64,000 nucleotides of DNA from Yuukianura sp. NJ FZ-2021 (Eukaryota): the NCBI GenBank assembly GCA_046563655.1, contig CM102287.1:868001-932000 (forward strand), given 5' to 3'. Shown in pieces: positions 24,633 to 38,374 of this stretch; the first letter of the stretch is position 1; the number at the start of each line of letters is the position of its first letter. Position numbers and translations under genes: made by a program. The notes below the pieces were generated by a model. That model did no database searches. It was given only the letters and a program-made list of their open reading frames with translations, and was not told the DNA's origin.

Positions 24633-25697
24633 TGTTGTACAGGGCTCACGCTTCCAGTGTATACACTGTAAGGAAGTCAACGACCTTTAATTTTTCCGTT
24701 AGATTTCTTCTCTCTCATTCTCTTTTCTTAAAGTTACTAAAACTCTGCCAGTCGTGTGACTGACAGAGTTCATTAACCTTTCGATCTTTTGAAAAATAAA
24801 CATTTACTTCAATAGCAACCTGCTATTCCTAAAATCTTGTAGTTGAATCTTTATTCTTTCCGAGAAAAATAACGATTTTCACGACGAATTGGTGGACGAA
24901 AAACATGACGACCTCGACCTCCACCCCAAATCATGATGTTACTGAGTCCGCGCAAGCGTTGACCAAAATGTTTGACCTAAAGGCAGTGGTCCTTTCTGTG
25001 CCAGTTTTTGATGGCAAATCGAACGTTGACCTTTTGACCCTTAGGTGTGATGCCTTGATAGCATCAGCAGCTTTGCACAGCAATTCGCTGATCCTTAACT
25101 TCCATCAATTGATGGAAGGAGAAGCTCTCGAATGGTGGCGTTGGTCACAAATAAAAATAATCAGGGATTTGACCCCTAATAATGCCAATACTAAATGGCA
25201 AGAATTGAAAACAGCTTTGAGGTCATTCTATGACCCAAGTGAAATAAAAACAGATGCAAAACGAAAACTGAAAACTATTTTTCTATCCAACTGCGACTCT
25301 CCTTCGGAGTATGTCGCTAAGCGTTTGTCATGCCTTTCGGTCATTGACCCTGACATGTCAGACGACAAACAAGTTGAAAAACTAATCAAGGGGTTACCGT
25401 ATTCGCTTAAAAACATGATGACACTCATAGATCCGAAATCTCCAGCTGAATTTCTGCAGAAACTTCGGAAAATTGACAAACCACAATCCGCTGACAAGCG
25501 AGGTCAAAGTCAAGGTCAAATGTCACATAACAAAAACAAACCAAATACTGACACTGGGAGTTCATCGAACTCAAAAGAATCCACAGTCACTGTTACTTCT
25601 GATACTGACATTGGTAAAAAATGCAAAGTATCGCAATTCCAAATTTTGCACATTTTGCAAACGAGATGGTCACACTGAAGAACGATGCTATGTATGA
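24633..25697 (+). pseudogene. gag: 5' fragment of a Ty3/gypsy element: probable LTR, PBS and frameshifted gag (24905-25697)
   Basis: TGTTG start, AATAAA at 24795, TGGTGGA PBS at 24890. VPVFDG..LMEGEALEWW capsid-like motif; the CTFCKRDGHTEERC knuckle lies in a shifted frame. Cut by another LTR. Confidence 0.7.
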
Positions 25698-26310
25698 GAA
25701 GGTAGGCTCCTCACGGGCCGCCACAAAGGACACCCAGAGTGACCTGGACACAAGTGGGAACTTTTGTTGGGGAATGGGAGGAGTCTTGGTTTCATTAGAA
25801 ACCAACACAAATAATGACGATAGGCGACACCGGAGGTCAGCCCTCTCACAGGTCCCCAACGACCGTTAGCCGACCCGGCGACATAAATCGCGGGTGACCG
25901 ACGGGTGGAGCCTGGAAATTGGGATTAAGGAGGGAACAGAGCTACAACAACTCCGCTAACGCGATACTGGAGGGAAGCTGCGTAATGTCAACGGACATCG
26001 TTTGGCGTTCTTTGTAGATTTCCGGCGGCGATTGAACGAAGATGTGAGTGCACGGAAATAGCCAGTATGCTTCTTGCGTTTTCGGGGATGTCCAGTATCA
26101 CGGGGTGGAATGGGGGCAGAACCATGACGGCTAGGAAGAGGGATACTTCCCGTGTGCTGTGGGGGAGTGGGGGAACGAGAGACATTGCCACTCGCTAGGG
26201 ACGAGGAGTTTTCAACAGAACTGAAGTACTGGTCAGAACAAGCGTCTTCATCAGAATCACATGACGACTTGTCGTCGTAAAACTGCTCTCGAGGTGGCCA
26301 GGGAGGCATT

Positions 26311-27840
26311 CTAGTGACATGAGGGACTTCCAAGTGTCGTATGGCGGGGGAGAGTCCACAAATTGGTTAAATGCGAGGAAACGTCTTCCGTTTCTGCGTC
26401 TCGGGTGAAGTAGGGAATGAGTGGAATGTCGAGCCAGGAAACAATGTTTGCTGCGTATTCCGCTTCCGTGAGATTGGGATGATCCGCTTCAGCCATCCAA
26501 CGGGCATGTTTGATAAATGGGTCAGGGTCATCGCCAAGGGACCATTCGGGGAATCCAGAAATGTCGATGTTGGGTGGGACTGGTGTAGACATGGGACTGG
26601 GAGCTGCGACTGAAGTTTGAGGAGGGGAAGCGACAAGTTCTAGACGGGAAACGTTCACCCATTCATAAAATGAAGGGTCGCCAGGCAGGTTGACAATGGC
26701 AACACTGTCGCTGGCGAGAACGCTGTCGACGATATAGGGACCATGCCAAGGGGAAGAGCCGTTGCCACTCTTTCCATTGCTGGGAAGGTGACAAATGACT
26801 TGGGAACCTGGAGGGAACTTGTCGGAGGGGCATTTTCTTGAACGTTGGGAACGGGGCTTTTGGGGCGTTTTCTTCGTCTTTTGGGGGTTCGACACGGCAG
26901 AATCGCAACTGGAGGGAACGGCAGGGGGATCCGGAATGGTCACTGGCGAAATCTCGGCCGGAACAACACTAGAAGGTGCTACAGGGACGGAGGGACACTC
27001 TTGTTCAAGGACAAGTCCGCCCAAAGTATGAGCAGGGGCAATTGGGACAAACTCAGAACTGCTGAAATCAACAGCTTCGGGACTGGAGGGAACAAGAGCG
27101 ACGGATGAACCAGAGGGACAACAAACGACAGACAGATCGCTAGTGCTGGAGGATCTGGAAACGACTTTAACTTCGCTAAGGGAAATACGGGAGGAATCGG
27201 AAATACTGGGAAGATCGGATACACTTGAGACTGGGGAAATACGTGGGGACTCGGAGACACGGAAATTCTCAAAAATTCGGGGAGATGCGGAGAGAGCCGG
27301 CGTTACGGAAAGACTTGGAGATTCGGAGGGGGGAATTACGGAGATACTTCGAGTTTCGGAAAGACTGGCAGTTTCGGAGATACACGGAGATGCGGAAAGA
27401 CTGGAAACTTCTGGTTTAGTTTTTGGATCGGCAAAACTTGTGGGATCGGCTGTGCTCATGGGTTCGGGAGGATCGGAGAATCGGGAAATAACAATAGGAC
27501 TTGGGACTGCGTCACTATTTGCTGGGGCTGTAGGAGTGGGGCTGGTTGGGACAAGAGCGGGGGAACTCGTAATGCTATTTCTAGCTTCGGGGCTACTTGT
27601 GATGGTTGCGGCAATGGGGTCACTCTGATCTGGAATTACATTCAGGGCATTAGGGTCACTCACGTCGATTGGATCAACCGCAACATTTGACTTCAACACA
27701 ACATCAGAATCGGAAACAGCTTCTGCAGCTGCTCGTCTGCGAGGGACTGGGACTGGGAGGGACTGGTTTACGGAAACTTCATTTCTACGCAACAGGGAGA
27801 GTCTCGGCTTCGGTTGAGGTATCGTTTCCCCAACGACCAA
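26311..27840 (-). CDS. Ser/Pro-rich ORF containing an integrase C-terminal (GPY/F) module
   Basis: 509-aa low-complexity ORF with FPPGSQVI..WHGPYIV..VNVSRLE. Confidence 0.5.
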   Translation of the reverse strand: MVVGETIPQPKPRLSLLRRNEVSVNQSLPVPVPRRRAAAEAVSDSDVVLKSNVAVDPIDVSDPNALNVIPDQSDPIAATITSSPEARNSITSSPALVPTSPTPTAPANSDAVPSPIVISRFSDPPEPMSTADPTSFADPKTKPEVSSLSASPCISETASLSETRSISVIPPSESPSLSVTPALSASPRIFENFRVSESPRISPVSSVSDLPSISDSSRISLSEVKVVSRSSSTSDLSVVCCPSGSSVALVPSSPEAVDFSSSEFVPIAPAHTLGGLVLEQECPSVPVAPSSVVPAEISPVTIPDPPAVPSSCDSAVSNPQKTKKTPQKPRSQRSRKCPSDKFPPGSQVICHLPSNGKSGNGSSPWHGPYIVDSVLASDSVAIVNLPGDPSFYEWVNVSRLELVASPPQTSVAAPSPMSTPVPPNIDISGFPEWSLGDDPDPFIKHARWMAEADHPNLTEAEYAANIVSWLDIPLIPYFTRDAETEDVSSHLTNLWTLPRHTTLGSPSCH

Positions 27841-28119
27841 TTTTGAAGTACGGGCATCGTCTGAGTGAGAGCAGGGGCTTGGACATATCCGGGTATTTTA
27901 GGCAAAGAGCTCAAAGGACTTGAGTAAATCTTGTGTGGGAAGGGGGCAATGACTGGGCTTAAGAGAAGCAACTCGCTTTCTGCGTCGTTTTGGTACAGGG
28001 GTGAGGATGTACCTTAAGACAAAATCGGATGGGGGTGGGGCAGGATTTGCAACGGGGGCAGGAGGCTGTTGCACCTGCATCAACAGCCGGTGGAGTTTTC
28101 CGCTTGCAGCATAACTGCA

Positions 28120-28593
28120 TCAGCCATGGTTTGTTAGTACTTCCATGATTTGCTGGAAGGAGGACATAATCATGGGACCCCAATGGGTATCCATGGTGTT
28201 AGGGACACTCTGGGCAAATGTCGGGGGTGGGGGAGCGACATGGGAAACTCCAGAGGTACCGGCTGCTTGCGTCATCACAGGGAGGTTTGAACCACGTTGG
28301 GGCTGGGACCTGGTGTAAACCATGGGGAACTGGCGGGGACGAGGGGGAAGAGGTCGACATCCCGCAGCTATGGGGTCAATGCCTTGGGAACGCCAGTATG
28401 CGTGGCAATACTTTCGTATATGACCACCACGACTACAGTAACGACAGATAGGGCGACCATCCTCTGTTCGTTGGTCCAATGGCGAGGTCTGATATGCCAA
28501 GGGCACATAGCGCTGTGGGGCAGACGTAACTCCAGAGGCTTCAGATCCATCGATGGAGCTGGATGGGCTGGTTTTGTAGGACATTTTGAACAA
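28120..28593 (-). CDS. Gag-like CCHC zinc-knuckle ORF fragment
   Basis: RTEDGRPICRYCSRGGHIRKYC. Confidence 0.55.
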   Translation of the reverse strand: MFKMSYKTSPSSSIDGSEASGVTSAPQRYVPLAYQTSPLDQRTEDGRPICRYCSRGGHIRKYCHAYWRSQGIDPIAAGCRPLPPRPRQFPMVYTRSQPQRGSNLPVMTQAAGTSGVSHVAPPPPTFAQSVPNTMDTHWGPMIMSSFQQIMEVLTNHG

Positions 28594-29740
28594 TTATCTG
28601 AAACTAGAACAACAATTAGTAATAATATTTTAAGGTAGGAGCTATGTGGCTATGAGTTATAAACTCAAATTCCACTAAAACACCAAAACTAGGGTATACG
28701 AGCCAAGCCACAGAGCCACACAAACCACAAGAATTAATCAAGGGCTAGGGGTAACCAACCGCATAACACACCGAATTTAGGAATTTTTGGGGAGGGTAGG
28801 GGCATTCAGATTCAAAAAATCTGAGAAATCTGAGGAATTCTGACGATTAGGTAGGGTACTGCGTCGTAGGGATATGCGAAATCGCAATTGGGGAATTATC
28901 CGATGAGTCTGGGGAAAAGTCGCACCTGGTTGCGTCCAAGTTGCAAGGGTTGCGATCGGCGACGACTGTTTAGTTGGATGTGGTAGTTGGGGGGATAATC
29001 GGTGGGGTTTGGGTCAAAACCGCTAAGTGTTTTGATTTTGGGGGAAAATCGGGCAGCGTTTTAGTAGGAAGTGAAGGAAATTCAAATTGGGTGATGTTTC
29101 AATAGGGGGGGGGGTTAAACAAACCGAAATTTGCTAAGTTTTTGAACTTGGGAAAAATTTGGGCAGAGTTCTGTTACGGGGTGAGGGAAAGCCAATTTAG
29201 GTACTGTTCGGTGGAGGGGGGGGGACTAAACAAATGGAAGATTTGCTAAGGGAGGGAAACTTTTGAAAAATTTGGGCAGGGGTTTGGTTAGGGATTCAAA
29301 ATTTCAATTTAAGGGTAAGCTTCAGGGAAGGGGAAGGACAGTTGACGTGGGTTAACGACCTTTAATGGATGGTGGGGCTTGTTTTCGGCTTTAGTGGGAC
29401 GGGCGGTGACGAAAAATCGTTGTTTTTAATTTTTTGAAAAAATTTTGCGCGGGGGACGTTTAGGGAAAGCGATTTTGCGCGAAAAAGGGGTCACTTTAAG
29501 GGACTGGGGGATAAACGCCGGGGTGGGGCGCTACAACGCAACAAAACAAACAACCTGACCTTTGTTTGAATTTGGTGGCTCTTCGACGACTCAGTAGTGG
29601 CTCAGATGATGAAGATTGAAGGGACGGTGTCTCAAAAGTATGGTGGCTCAGTGGTGGTACGGTGGCTCAGTAGAAAAATCGGTGGCTCTCGCTTCTTCGG
29701 CTGAAAAAGAAGCTGAAAAAAATCGATGCAAAATTAAACA

Positions 29741-30544
29741 AACAAGGTAGGGCGATGCTCAAGGGTTGAGCATACGTCTTCTGGAGGAAGTTGACAATTG
29801 ATACGGATTTTAAACCGGCTGTCCGCAAACCCGTCGAAGAGAAACGTTAAGAAACCGTTTTTACTAGATTTATGCAACAAAACATCGTTCATAATTTTCA
29901 GTGCAGATGTGGGGCCTTTTGTGCACAATTGCACCAAAATGTTAAAAAACCGTTTGCATCAAAATGTTGTTCCAGTGAACAGTTTTCACAAAGTTGAACG
30001 TTCAAGAAACGGTGTCGAATATCGTTTCTTAAAATCAAAATCGGTTCAAGTAAATGCACCATGTGATATTAAATGCACAAGCTGTGGAGTCGAATATCGC
30101 TTGTTCAAAATGAAAATTATAAAAATTTCTTGCAAAGGCAAATTTGAACCCTGCCAAACACTGTTTACGTATTAAGAATTTAAGCCCGGAATTTCTAGCC
30201 TCTAATTAGGCTTAATTTAACAACGTAATTAAACTAACTGTCAGAAAATGAGAAGATCAAAACTTCGTTGTTAAAAAATATTTTGAGTATAATGCAGACC
30301 TAACACAAAATTTTGACGACATAAGAAACAGCAACGCGGAACAGCCGCATACTTTGGCGTTGTTAATGTACGACTTTGAGTGCAATGTAGAGGTAGAGAA
30401 AACACTTGAGCCATACATAACCCCCCGAACGGGATTGGCCTCATGTTTCAGTGGAAGGAGTCCTAAAAAATGTGACAGACAGACAGGCAAAGTCGTATCA
30501 ATAGTCTTCTTCAGCACGTCGTAGACGTGCGTCTCCAGAAGACT
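29741..30544 (-). repeat. Complete DINE-1/HINE-like element (~0.8 kb)
   Basis: Subterminal IRs GTCTTCTGGAG (29776) and CTCCAGAAGAC (30533), stem-loop ATGCTCAA-GGG-TTGAGCAT (29755-29773), microsatellite. Confidence 0.75.
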
Positions 30545-31073
30545 AAAATGAACAACAAGGTAGTGCGATGCTCAAGGGTTGAGCATAGGTCTTCTGGAGG
30601 AAGTTGACAATTGATGCGACTTAAAGCGGCCTGCCTCAAAATTGCACAAGAACTAAGAAACCGTTTTCATTTAGTTAATGCACCAAAATGCCCCTCAAAG
30701 TTTTCAGGGCGAATGTGAGGTCCTATTTTGTGCAAGTTGCACCAAGTTGTACAATAGCAAAAAATATTAAAAAACCGTTTGCACTTTGAACGTTTTGAAC
30801 GCTTGAAATGCTACAGCGTAGAACAGGTGAAATTTTGTGTGGGACGGATAATACCGGGGAACTTTGCACAATTATTGCTTCAAACTGTGCACAACATGCA
30901 CATAATATACTTCCAATGTTGCCATGACAATGCCCTAGCATACACAGGGTGAAATAACTCCATCAAAGTAGTGTTGTTGAATTTGAAACAATAATAATTA
31001 TTGTTGAATTTACTGAATTTCAACAATAATTATTATTGTTGAAATTCAGTAAAGAACATTCACATAATGTAGT

Positions 31074-31740
31074 AGTATTTCCTTGACTATAAGCCGCACT
31101 CGTGTATAAGCCGCACCAAGAAATTCTCAAAAATACCTTAATACCGCGAAAACTTGTAGTTTAAAGTTAAGAAATGAGATTTCACACATGGTTTCTTACC
31201 CTTGCGGTCAAGTTAATTTCTTAGTATTAATTAATATAATTAATTTCCTACATCAGTATAACTCTTAAGTTTTTAAAGATGGATGTGACACCAAAGGTCA
31301 CTCGCAAATCGTACACAGCAGAATTTAAGCTTCTGGTCTGTCGGAGAGCCTAGGTTACCACTGGCTCTGAGAAAAAAAGTTTCAGGATTTTCGACTGTCT
31401 GCGAAGGAGATCAGTATCAGTGTTCCAGTAATCCAAAATGGTTTTAATAAAGCTGGACGGCTGGACTACAAATCTACGAAGAGAAAAATATTTTGCCAGC
31501 AGATTCTGATAAGTCGGAGGAAGAGACAGACTCAGATACCCAAGAACATCACGAATTATTTGATGGATTTGATGAATTGACACTAGATTTGAACAGTTTA
31601 ACGTAGAGTCTAGTACGTTCTCACACAATTCCTACTCCTGATTAAAAAAATCTTTAGTTTTCAGGAAACGAGGAAGTTTTTTTTTTCAAAATTTTCCGAA
31701 ATTTCTTAGAAAAGCCGCGGCTTGTAGTCAAGGAAATACG
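31074..31740 (+). mobile_element. Internally deleted pogo/Tigger-like DNA transposon
   Basis: TIR GTATTTCCTTGACTATAAGCCGC / GCGGCTTGTAGTCAAGGAAATACG followed by TA. Remnant MDVTPKVTRKSYTAEFKLLV at 31279. Confidence 0.7.
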
Positions 31741-31912
31741 TACATATGGTGAATGTTCCCATGACAATACAGTAGTAACAAAGAACGTAAGCCAAACGGC
31801 ATCAAAATAATGATATCGAAATTAAGCTTTGTGCATGATGCACAAAATTGAACGCTGATGAGGATGGGTCGAATATCCATTCTTCTAAATCGAAATCGGT
31901 TCATGAAAATGC

Positions 31913-34900
31913 TGTTGTGGCTTTTCCTTTGTACATTTTTAGAAATAACAAAAAAACATAGACTTTCAGAATAGCATCTATTTTTAGCCTTAAGCTATAG
32001 GTAGCATCTCAACGGTCCACAAAAAGGAAAATCAACACAGCAACAGAATAGCATTAATATAGGAGTACAAGTCATAGTCTTTACTTACACTTCAATTCAT
32101 TCATTAAGTCAGATTTTACTTTCACACTTTTCAATTCGCAACTTCTCACGATTAAGTTTAAATTAGTAATTAATAAAATCAAAGTCATAAAATCATCGTC
32201 ACTGCTCTCCCAATTGATCATTTGCATCACGAAGCAACATTTTTTGGTGCCGAAAGCCGGGACCTTGAGCGGATGTCATCGGAAGACGACATACAACATC
32301 AACCGACGACAAACGTTTAAGGTCAAATCATCCACTAACATTACAGTTTGGTTAATTGTTGTTCTTTGAGACTGACAGACATGGCAGCAGTATCAAAGAC
32401 ATCATTGGCTGATCTTCTGAAGTTACGTCAGAGCCTGGGTCAACAGATTCGGATGCACCACAAGGTCATAGCTCTGTACAATGAACAGACACCAATTCCA
32501 ACAATCAAAACCGCAGAACGGGAACTGATCAGAGTCAGGAACGACCTCGACGCTCTTCACAACAAGATCATCATCGCCACGACAAACTATGAAGATATTG
32601 AAGATCATTCAGCAACCTACATAGAGTTTGTCACTTTGATTGGTACCATGAACGAAACGCTGATCACAATTCAGCCGGCACCAATTCCATCATCAGTACC
32701 TGGTCCATCAGTTCTTTCAAGTTCTGCAGTCACATCACCACAATGCCCACTCTTACTTTCCGAAGATGTCCTTACCAACTTTCGACGGAAAGTATGAAGA
32801 TTGGCTCACATTTCGCGATTTATTTCGCAGTACCGTAATCAATAACACAACCTTACCCAACAGTGTCAAGTTCTGGTACTTACACTCCGCTCTCAAGGGT
32901 GAAGCTGCTACTGTCATCAAGGGCACTCCCATCACTGATGACAACTTCCAAGGAGCATGGCAGCTGATGGAGGAACGGTACCATAACCGAAGAGAACTCA
33001 TCTTTACACTAATTAGGTTAGGTGATTTTCCTGTCAATTTCCCAAAACTGAAAGATGAAAATTCAACTCAGTTGAGGAAACTGATTGATTGTTTCAAGGA
33101 GTCTCTCACACAGTTAGAGACCCTCAACGAACCAACAGAACACTGGGATTCCATCATCGTCTATCTTCTAAAAGAAAAGATGGATCCAGACTGCCGCCGT
33201 GACTGGACCAAGCAACTAAAGGGCTCAGAGGTTCCGAACTTTTCCGAAACAAAGGAATTTCTGGAAAACTACATTCGGGGACTCAAGTCCACTGGATCTT
33301 CATCGTCCTCTGGATCTTCTGGCCAAAGCAAGGCTCACTCCAGTTTCACGGAAAGTGAACCAAATGAACAATCACACAAGTTCACTTGTCCACAGTGCCA
33401 AGGTGAACACGGCTTGTTCAAATGTGAAAAGTGGTTACAGTTAACAGTGAAAGACAGGTTCAGTGTTGTCAAGAAGAAAAATTTGTGCACTAATTGTCTT
33501 AGTTCCAAGCACAATGTTGGAAAGTGCCAGTCCAAGTACAGATGTCGGACATGCCAAGAGCCACACAACACTTTACTTCATTTTGACACGGCTAAGGCTC
33601 ACTCTACGTCACAACAGAATGATGTGGAGACTTCAACATTGGCAAATCATTGCTCCACCTCCAAAGTACTGTTAAGTACTGCCGTTGTCAAACTGATCGA
33701 CTCAGCAGGCGAATTCCAAGAATGCCGTATCCTACTGGATCAGGGGTCAGAATCCAATTTCATCTCTGATCGCTGTGTGACAAAACTTGGACTTGTACGT
33801 AAGAAATCTAATGTGAACATTGTAGGAATTTCAGGTTCCAATGCTGGGAAGGCACTCGGTCAAGTCACATTTGACCTGTGCTCACGCATTTCCAATTTTA
33901 AAATTCAAGTTAATGCACTAATTTTGCAAAAAGTCACAGGTTTTTTGCCATCTTTCAAAGTCAATCCGCAGAAGTGGACTCATCTCATGAGAATACAATT
34001 GGCAGATCCCAATTACACAAATCCAACAGACGTGGACATTATTCTCGGAGCTGAATTCACAGCATCAATCACACTCAGTGGCAAAATCATTGGTCCACCT
34101 CAGACTCCAATTGCACAGGAGACAACATTTGGTTGGGTCATCTCAGGGCCAACGGGTACAACCAGTCAACCCACTGTTCACGTCAACCATGCCAGTGTTA
34201 ACATTTTACAGAAATTCTGGGAACTGGAGGAACTACCAAAGCGGCCAAACTATACAATCGAGGAGCAATTTTGCGAGGATCATTTCGTCGCAAATCACAC
34301 TCGAAATGAGGAGGGAAGGTACGTCGTAAGGTTGCCACTTAATGAAAACATTTCCAAATTAGGTGACAGCCGCGACATCGCAGTACGCAGACTCCAACAA
34401 GTGGAAAAGAGGCTACGACTAAACCCAATTCATCATCCTGAATACATTAAGTTCATGGATGACTACCAAAAATTGGGTCATATGGAAGTAGCGACAGAGC
34501 AACTTCCACCCGGGTCAAAGGTCGTTTACCTTCCTCACCACTTTGTACTCAAGGAGTCAAGCACTACCACCAAACTCCGAGTCGTTTTTGATGGCTCCGC
34601 AAAAACATCCAAGTGACATTTCACTTAACCAATGCCTTCAGGTGGGTCCAACGGTACAAGGTGACATTTTCCTTACTCCTTCAGTTCCGTAAGTACCCAA
34701 TTGCACTAAAGGGTGATGTAACCAAAATGTACCGACAATTTTTGGTACATAAAAATGATCAATGTTTACAATCGATTTTGTGGCGAAAGTCTCACCTTGA
34801 CCCAATTCAGGAATTTAGGTTGAAGACAATCACCTATGGTACAGCCTCAGCTCCTTTCTCCGCAGTCAGATGCCTACGTCAACTTGCAATCGATGACGGG

Positions 34901-37900
34901 GACAAATTCCCATTGGCTAAAAACGCACTTCTCAACAACTTCTATGTTGACGACTTTATGGGGGGAAGTGAGACAGCGGCAGAAACCATCAAACTTCGTC
35001 AGGAATTGACAGCATTAGTAAGTTGTGCAAAGTTGGAAATCTGTAAGTTTGATTCCAACTCAATTTCAGTGTTAAAATCAATTCCTGAACAATTATGTGA
35101 AATTAACCCTAACATTGATGCCAATTCACAAAATGACTCAAAAGCTTTAGGGGTATCTTGGGACTCAAGGACTGACATGTTCCATTTCTCAGGATATGAG
35201 CCCAAGGTCATGTCCAGGATCACAAAACGGGCAGTTTTGTCAGAAATTTCACGGGTTTTTGACCCGTTGGGATTTTTAGCGCCATTGACCATCGTTGCTA
35301 AAATCTTCCTACAGAAGCTTTGGCTGGAGGCAGTTAACTCTAAGCGCCTACAATGGGACGACGAGTTGCCAGCCGAACTTCAGGAACAATGGTTGCAACA
35401 TCAAGGTCACATGGTCAACATTTGTCAGGTCAAAATTCCTCGGTGCATTAAACCCGCGGGAAACTTAAAAATGGAAATTCATGCATTTTCGGATGCATCT
35501 GAAAGTGCTTACTGTGGTGCAGTTTTTTTGAGAGTATTTTTTCAGAATTCCATCGCAGTCAACCTCATTGCAGCCAAAACCAAGGTCGCTCCAATTAAGC
35601 AACAGAGTCTCCCCAAGTTGGAACTTTGTGGAGCTCATCTTGTATCAAAACTCGTCATGTCAATTTTGGAGTCAACACAAATCAATGCACAAGTCACTGC
35701 CTGGTCTGACAGCGAAATTGTGCTCAAATGGCTCCGCCTACAGTCACGTCAACTAAAAACATTTGTTGCCAACCGAGTCTCGGCCATTCAGGAGATGATT
35801 CCAGCCGATTCCTGGAATTTCGTCCCAGGATTACAAAATCCTGCTGACTGTGGAACTCGTGGGATGACGTCAACTGAACTTTTGAGCTGCGACTTATGGT
35901 GGCACGGACCTTCGTTTCTTCACAAACCTGGAATTACTACGTTTGAAACAACAGACGTAAGTCAAATTCCAGAGATACGTAAGGTTTTGACCTCACAAGT
36001 CGTAAGTGACTACTCAATTCTGTCCAAATATTCAAATTTTAACAAACTGATTCATGTCATGTGCTATGTGAAAAGGTTCATAACAAATTTAAAAGTCCTC
36101 ACAGGCAAAATTCATCCAAAGGTTGTAACTGTCAACGGTCCTCTGACAGTGGAGGAACGGACATGCGCAGTTTCAGCTTTGGTCAAATGGGCGCAACAAC
36201 AGGATTTCCCACAGGAATTGGATGACCTCAAGGTCAAGGGCAAAGTTTCCAACGAATCAAAGTTGGTTGCTCTATCCCCATTTCTAGACAGGCATGGAAT
36301 TCTGCGCATTGGAGGGAGACTTGGCAATTCGTCACTCCCAGAATCTCAGAAACATCAAATTATATTGAACGGAAAAAATCCATTGGCCACTCTCATCATC
36401 AGACACAAGCATATTCAACTCCATCATGCCGGATATCAGTTGCTCTGGTCCACTCTGCAGACTGAGTACTGGTTCCTGAAGGCTCGTATCACCATCCGCC
36501 AAATTCTGCGACTTTGCATGACGTGCAAAAAACTGAAGGTCAAGGTCACAGAGCAACTCATGGGTCAACTTCCAAAGGGCAGAACAAATCCATCACCTCC
36601 GTTCACTCACGCAGGCGTGGATTTCGCTGGCCCCTTCGTACTACAAGAATTGACTGGGCGTGGTAGAAAACACTTCAATGGATATTTTTGCATTTTTGTC
36701 TGTTTTGCAACCAAGGCAGTACATTTGGAAGCAGTCACAGCACTTTCTACGGAGGCTTTCATAGCCACCCTCAAACGTTTTGTCTCCAGGAGAGGATTGC
36801 CAGTCGCAATTTACAGCGACTGTGGCTCTAACTTCGTGGGAGCAGAGCGTGAACTGAGGGAATTGGTTCAAAACCAAAAATTCAACGTCACAGTCAGCGA
36901 CTTTTTAGGTGACAGAGGTGTCCAATGGCACTTCAACCCACCCTCAGCTCCAAGTCAGGGAGGGTACTGGGAAGCGGGTGTGAAAAGCACCAAGTATCAC
37001 CTTCGTCGCATTGTTGGTTCTTCAACGCTCACTTTAGAAGAGCTATTCACTGTCCTCTGTCAGGTGGAGGCAGTGCTAAACTCAAGACCAATTTGTCCTA
37101 TGTCACCAGATCCTACAGATCTGGAACCATTAACACCAGGTCATTTCTTGATTAATAATTCTCTTTGTGCTGTTCCAGATGCTGATTTGACCAATCAAAA
37201 GGAGAACAGACTCTCCAGGTGGCAAAGAACCACTCAAATGGTCCAGCACTTCTGGACGCGTTGGCACAAGGAGTACATCAACTCCTTACAAGAGAAAAAC
37301 AAATGGAGAAGTCCAAACCGAAACCTCGCCATCGGTGACTTGGTCATAATCAAAGAAGATGACACTCCACAACTGAAATGGCGAATGGGCAGAGTCATGG
37401 AGACATTTCCTGGTCCTGATGGACTTGTGCGTGTCGTCAAATTAAACACGAACAAGGATTCAATCAAACGTCCTGTCTCCAAAGTCTGCGTCTTGCTACC
37501 AGCAGAAGATCAACAGAATGATCAACTGGCCATTTACCGCATGAAACGACAACCAACTCAATAGTCAATCCTCAAATCACCATTTGTACCAAGTTTGTAT
37601 CCCAATTAACTGTACTTTAACTTTAATTTTAATCAAACATTAACTTTAGAGTAGTTTCATAACTTAATTTTAATTTTAGCATTTCACATAATTCAATTTT
37701 CAAAACAATCTTTAAATTTCATTTACTTTTCATAGGTTAACTGAAACTCAGCATGCAGAGCCCATTTTCAATTTTAATTTTAATTCTGCACTTAAAAGTG
37801 CAATCGTCATGCATCTCAGATCGATGCCCTACATTTCTCCTGCTGTCTGTCACCTTTCAACAAGGTCATGCAAACGGCAAATCCTGTCAGCTCCAGCAGG

Positions 37901-38374
37901 AGAGGGACTTAGTCCACCCCTCAGCCACCGATGTTGAAGGGCCCTTTATTTCACAACATTCCCTGCAAAGATCTGAGGTTCATGTCGCTTTTTCATTTTC
38001 ATTAATTGCAAAATTAGACTCAGGTCTAATTTGGGGCCCGGCATGTTGTGGCTTTTCCTTTGTACATTTTTAGAAATAACAAAAAAACATAGACTTTAGA
38101 ATAGCGTCTACTTTTCGCCTTAGGATATAGGTAGCGTCTCAACGGTCTACAAAAAAAGAAATTCAACACAACAAGAATAGCATTAGTATAGATATACAAG
38201 TCATAGTCTTTACTTACACTTCAATTCAATTCATTAAGTCAGATCTTAACTTCGCACTTTTTCAATTCGCAACTTCTCACGATTAAGTTTAAATTAGTAA
38301 TTAATAAAATCAAAGTCATAAAATCATCTCTCCCAATTGCTCTCCCAATTGATCATTTGCATCATAAAGCAACA
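31913..38374 (+). mobile_element. Full-length BEL/Pao LTR retrotransposon
   Basis: LTRs 31913-32239 and 38044-38374 (TGTTG...CAACA), 5-bp TSD AATGC, PBS TGGTGCCGAAAGCCGGGA at 32245 (tRNA-Phe-like, one mismatch). Confidence 0.93.
32381..37564 (+). pseudogene. BEL/Pao gag-pol polyprotein, disrupted near 32760 and 34615
   Basis: LPTFDG..W..F (DUF1759-like), triple Cys/His knuckles, LLDQGS protease, FYVDD RT, FSDASE RNase H, NPAD, DFAGP/SDCG/WEAG integrase. Confidence 0.9.

Larger units (their letters stand above)
25695..29700 (-). mobile_element. Pol-less LTR-element derivative (internally deleted LTR 25695-25850, gag knuckle ORF, Ser/Pro-rich ORF)
   Basis: LTR matches 38977-39550. ORF 28120..28593 has PICRYCSRGGHIRKYC. 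ORF 26311..27840 has WHGPYIV..WVNVSRL (integrase C-terminal GPY/F-like). The 5' boundary is approximate. Confidence 0.6.

Noticed and set aside
27143..27628. 161-aa plus-strand ORF
   Set aside because: Antisense shadow of the Ser/Pro-rich ORF.
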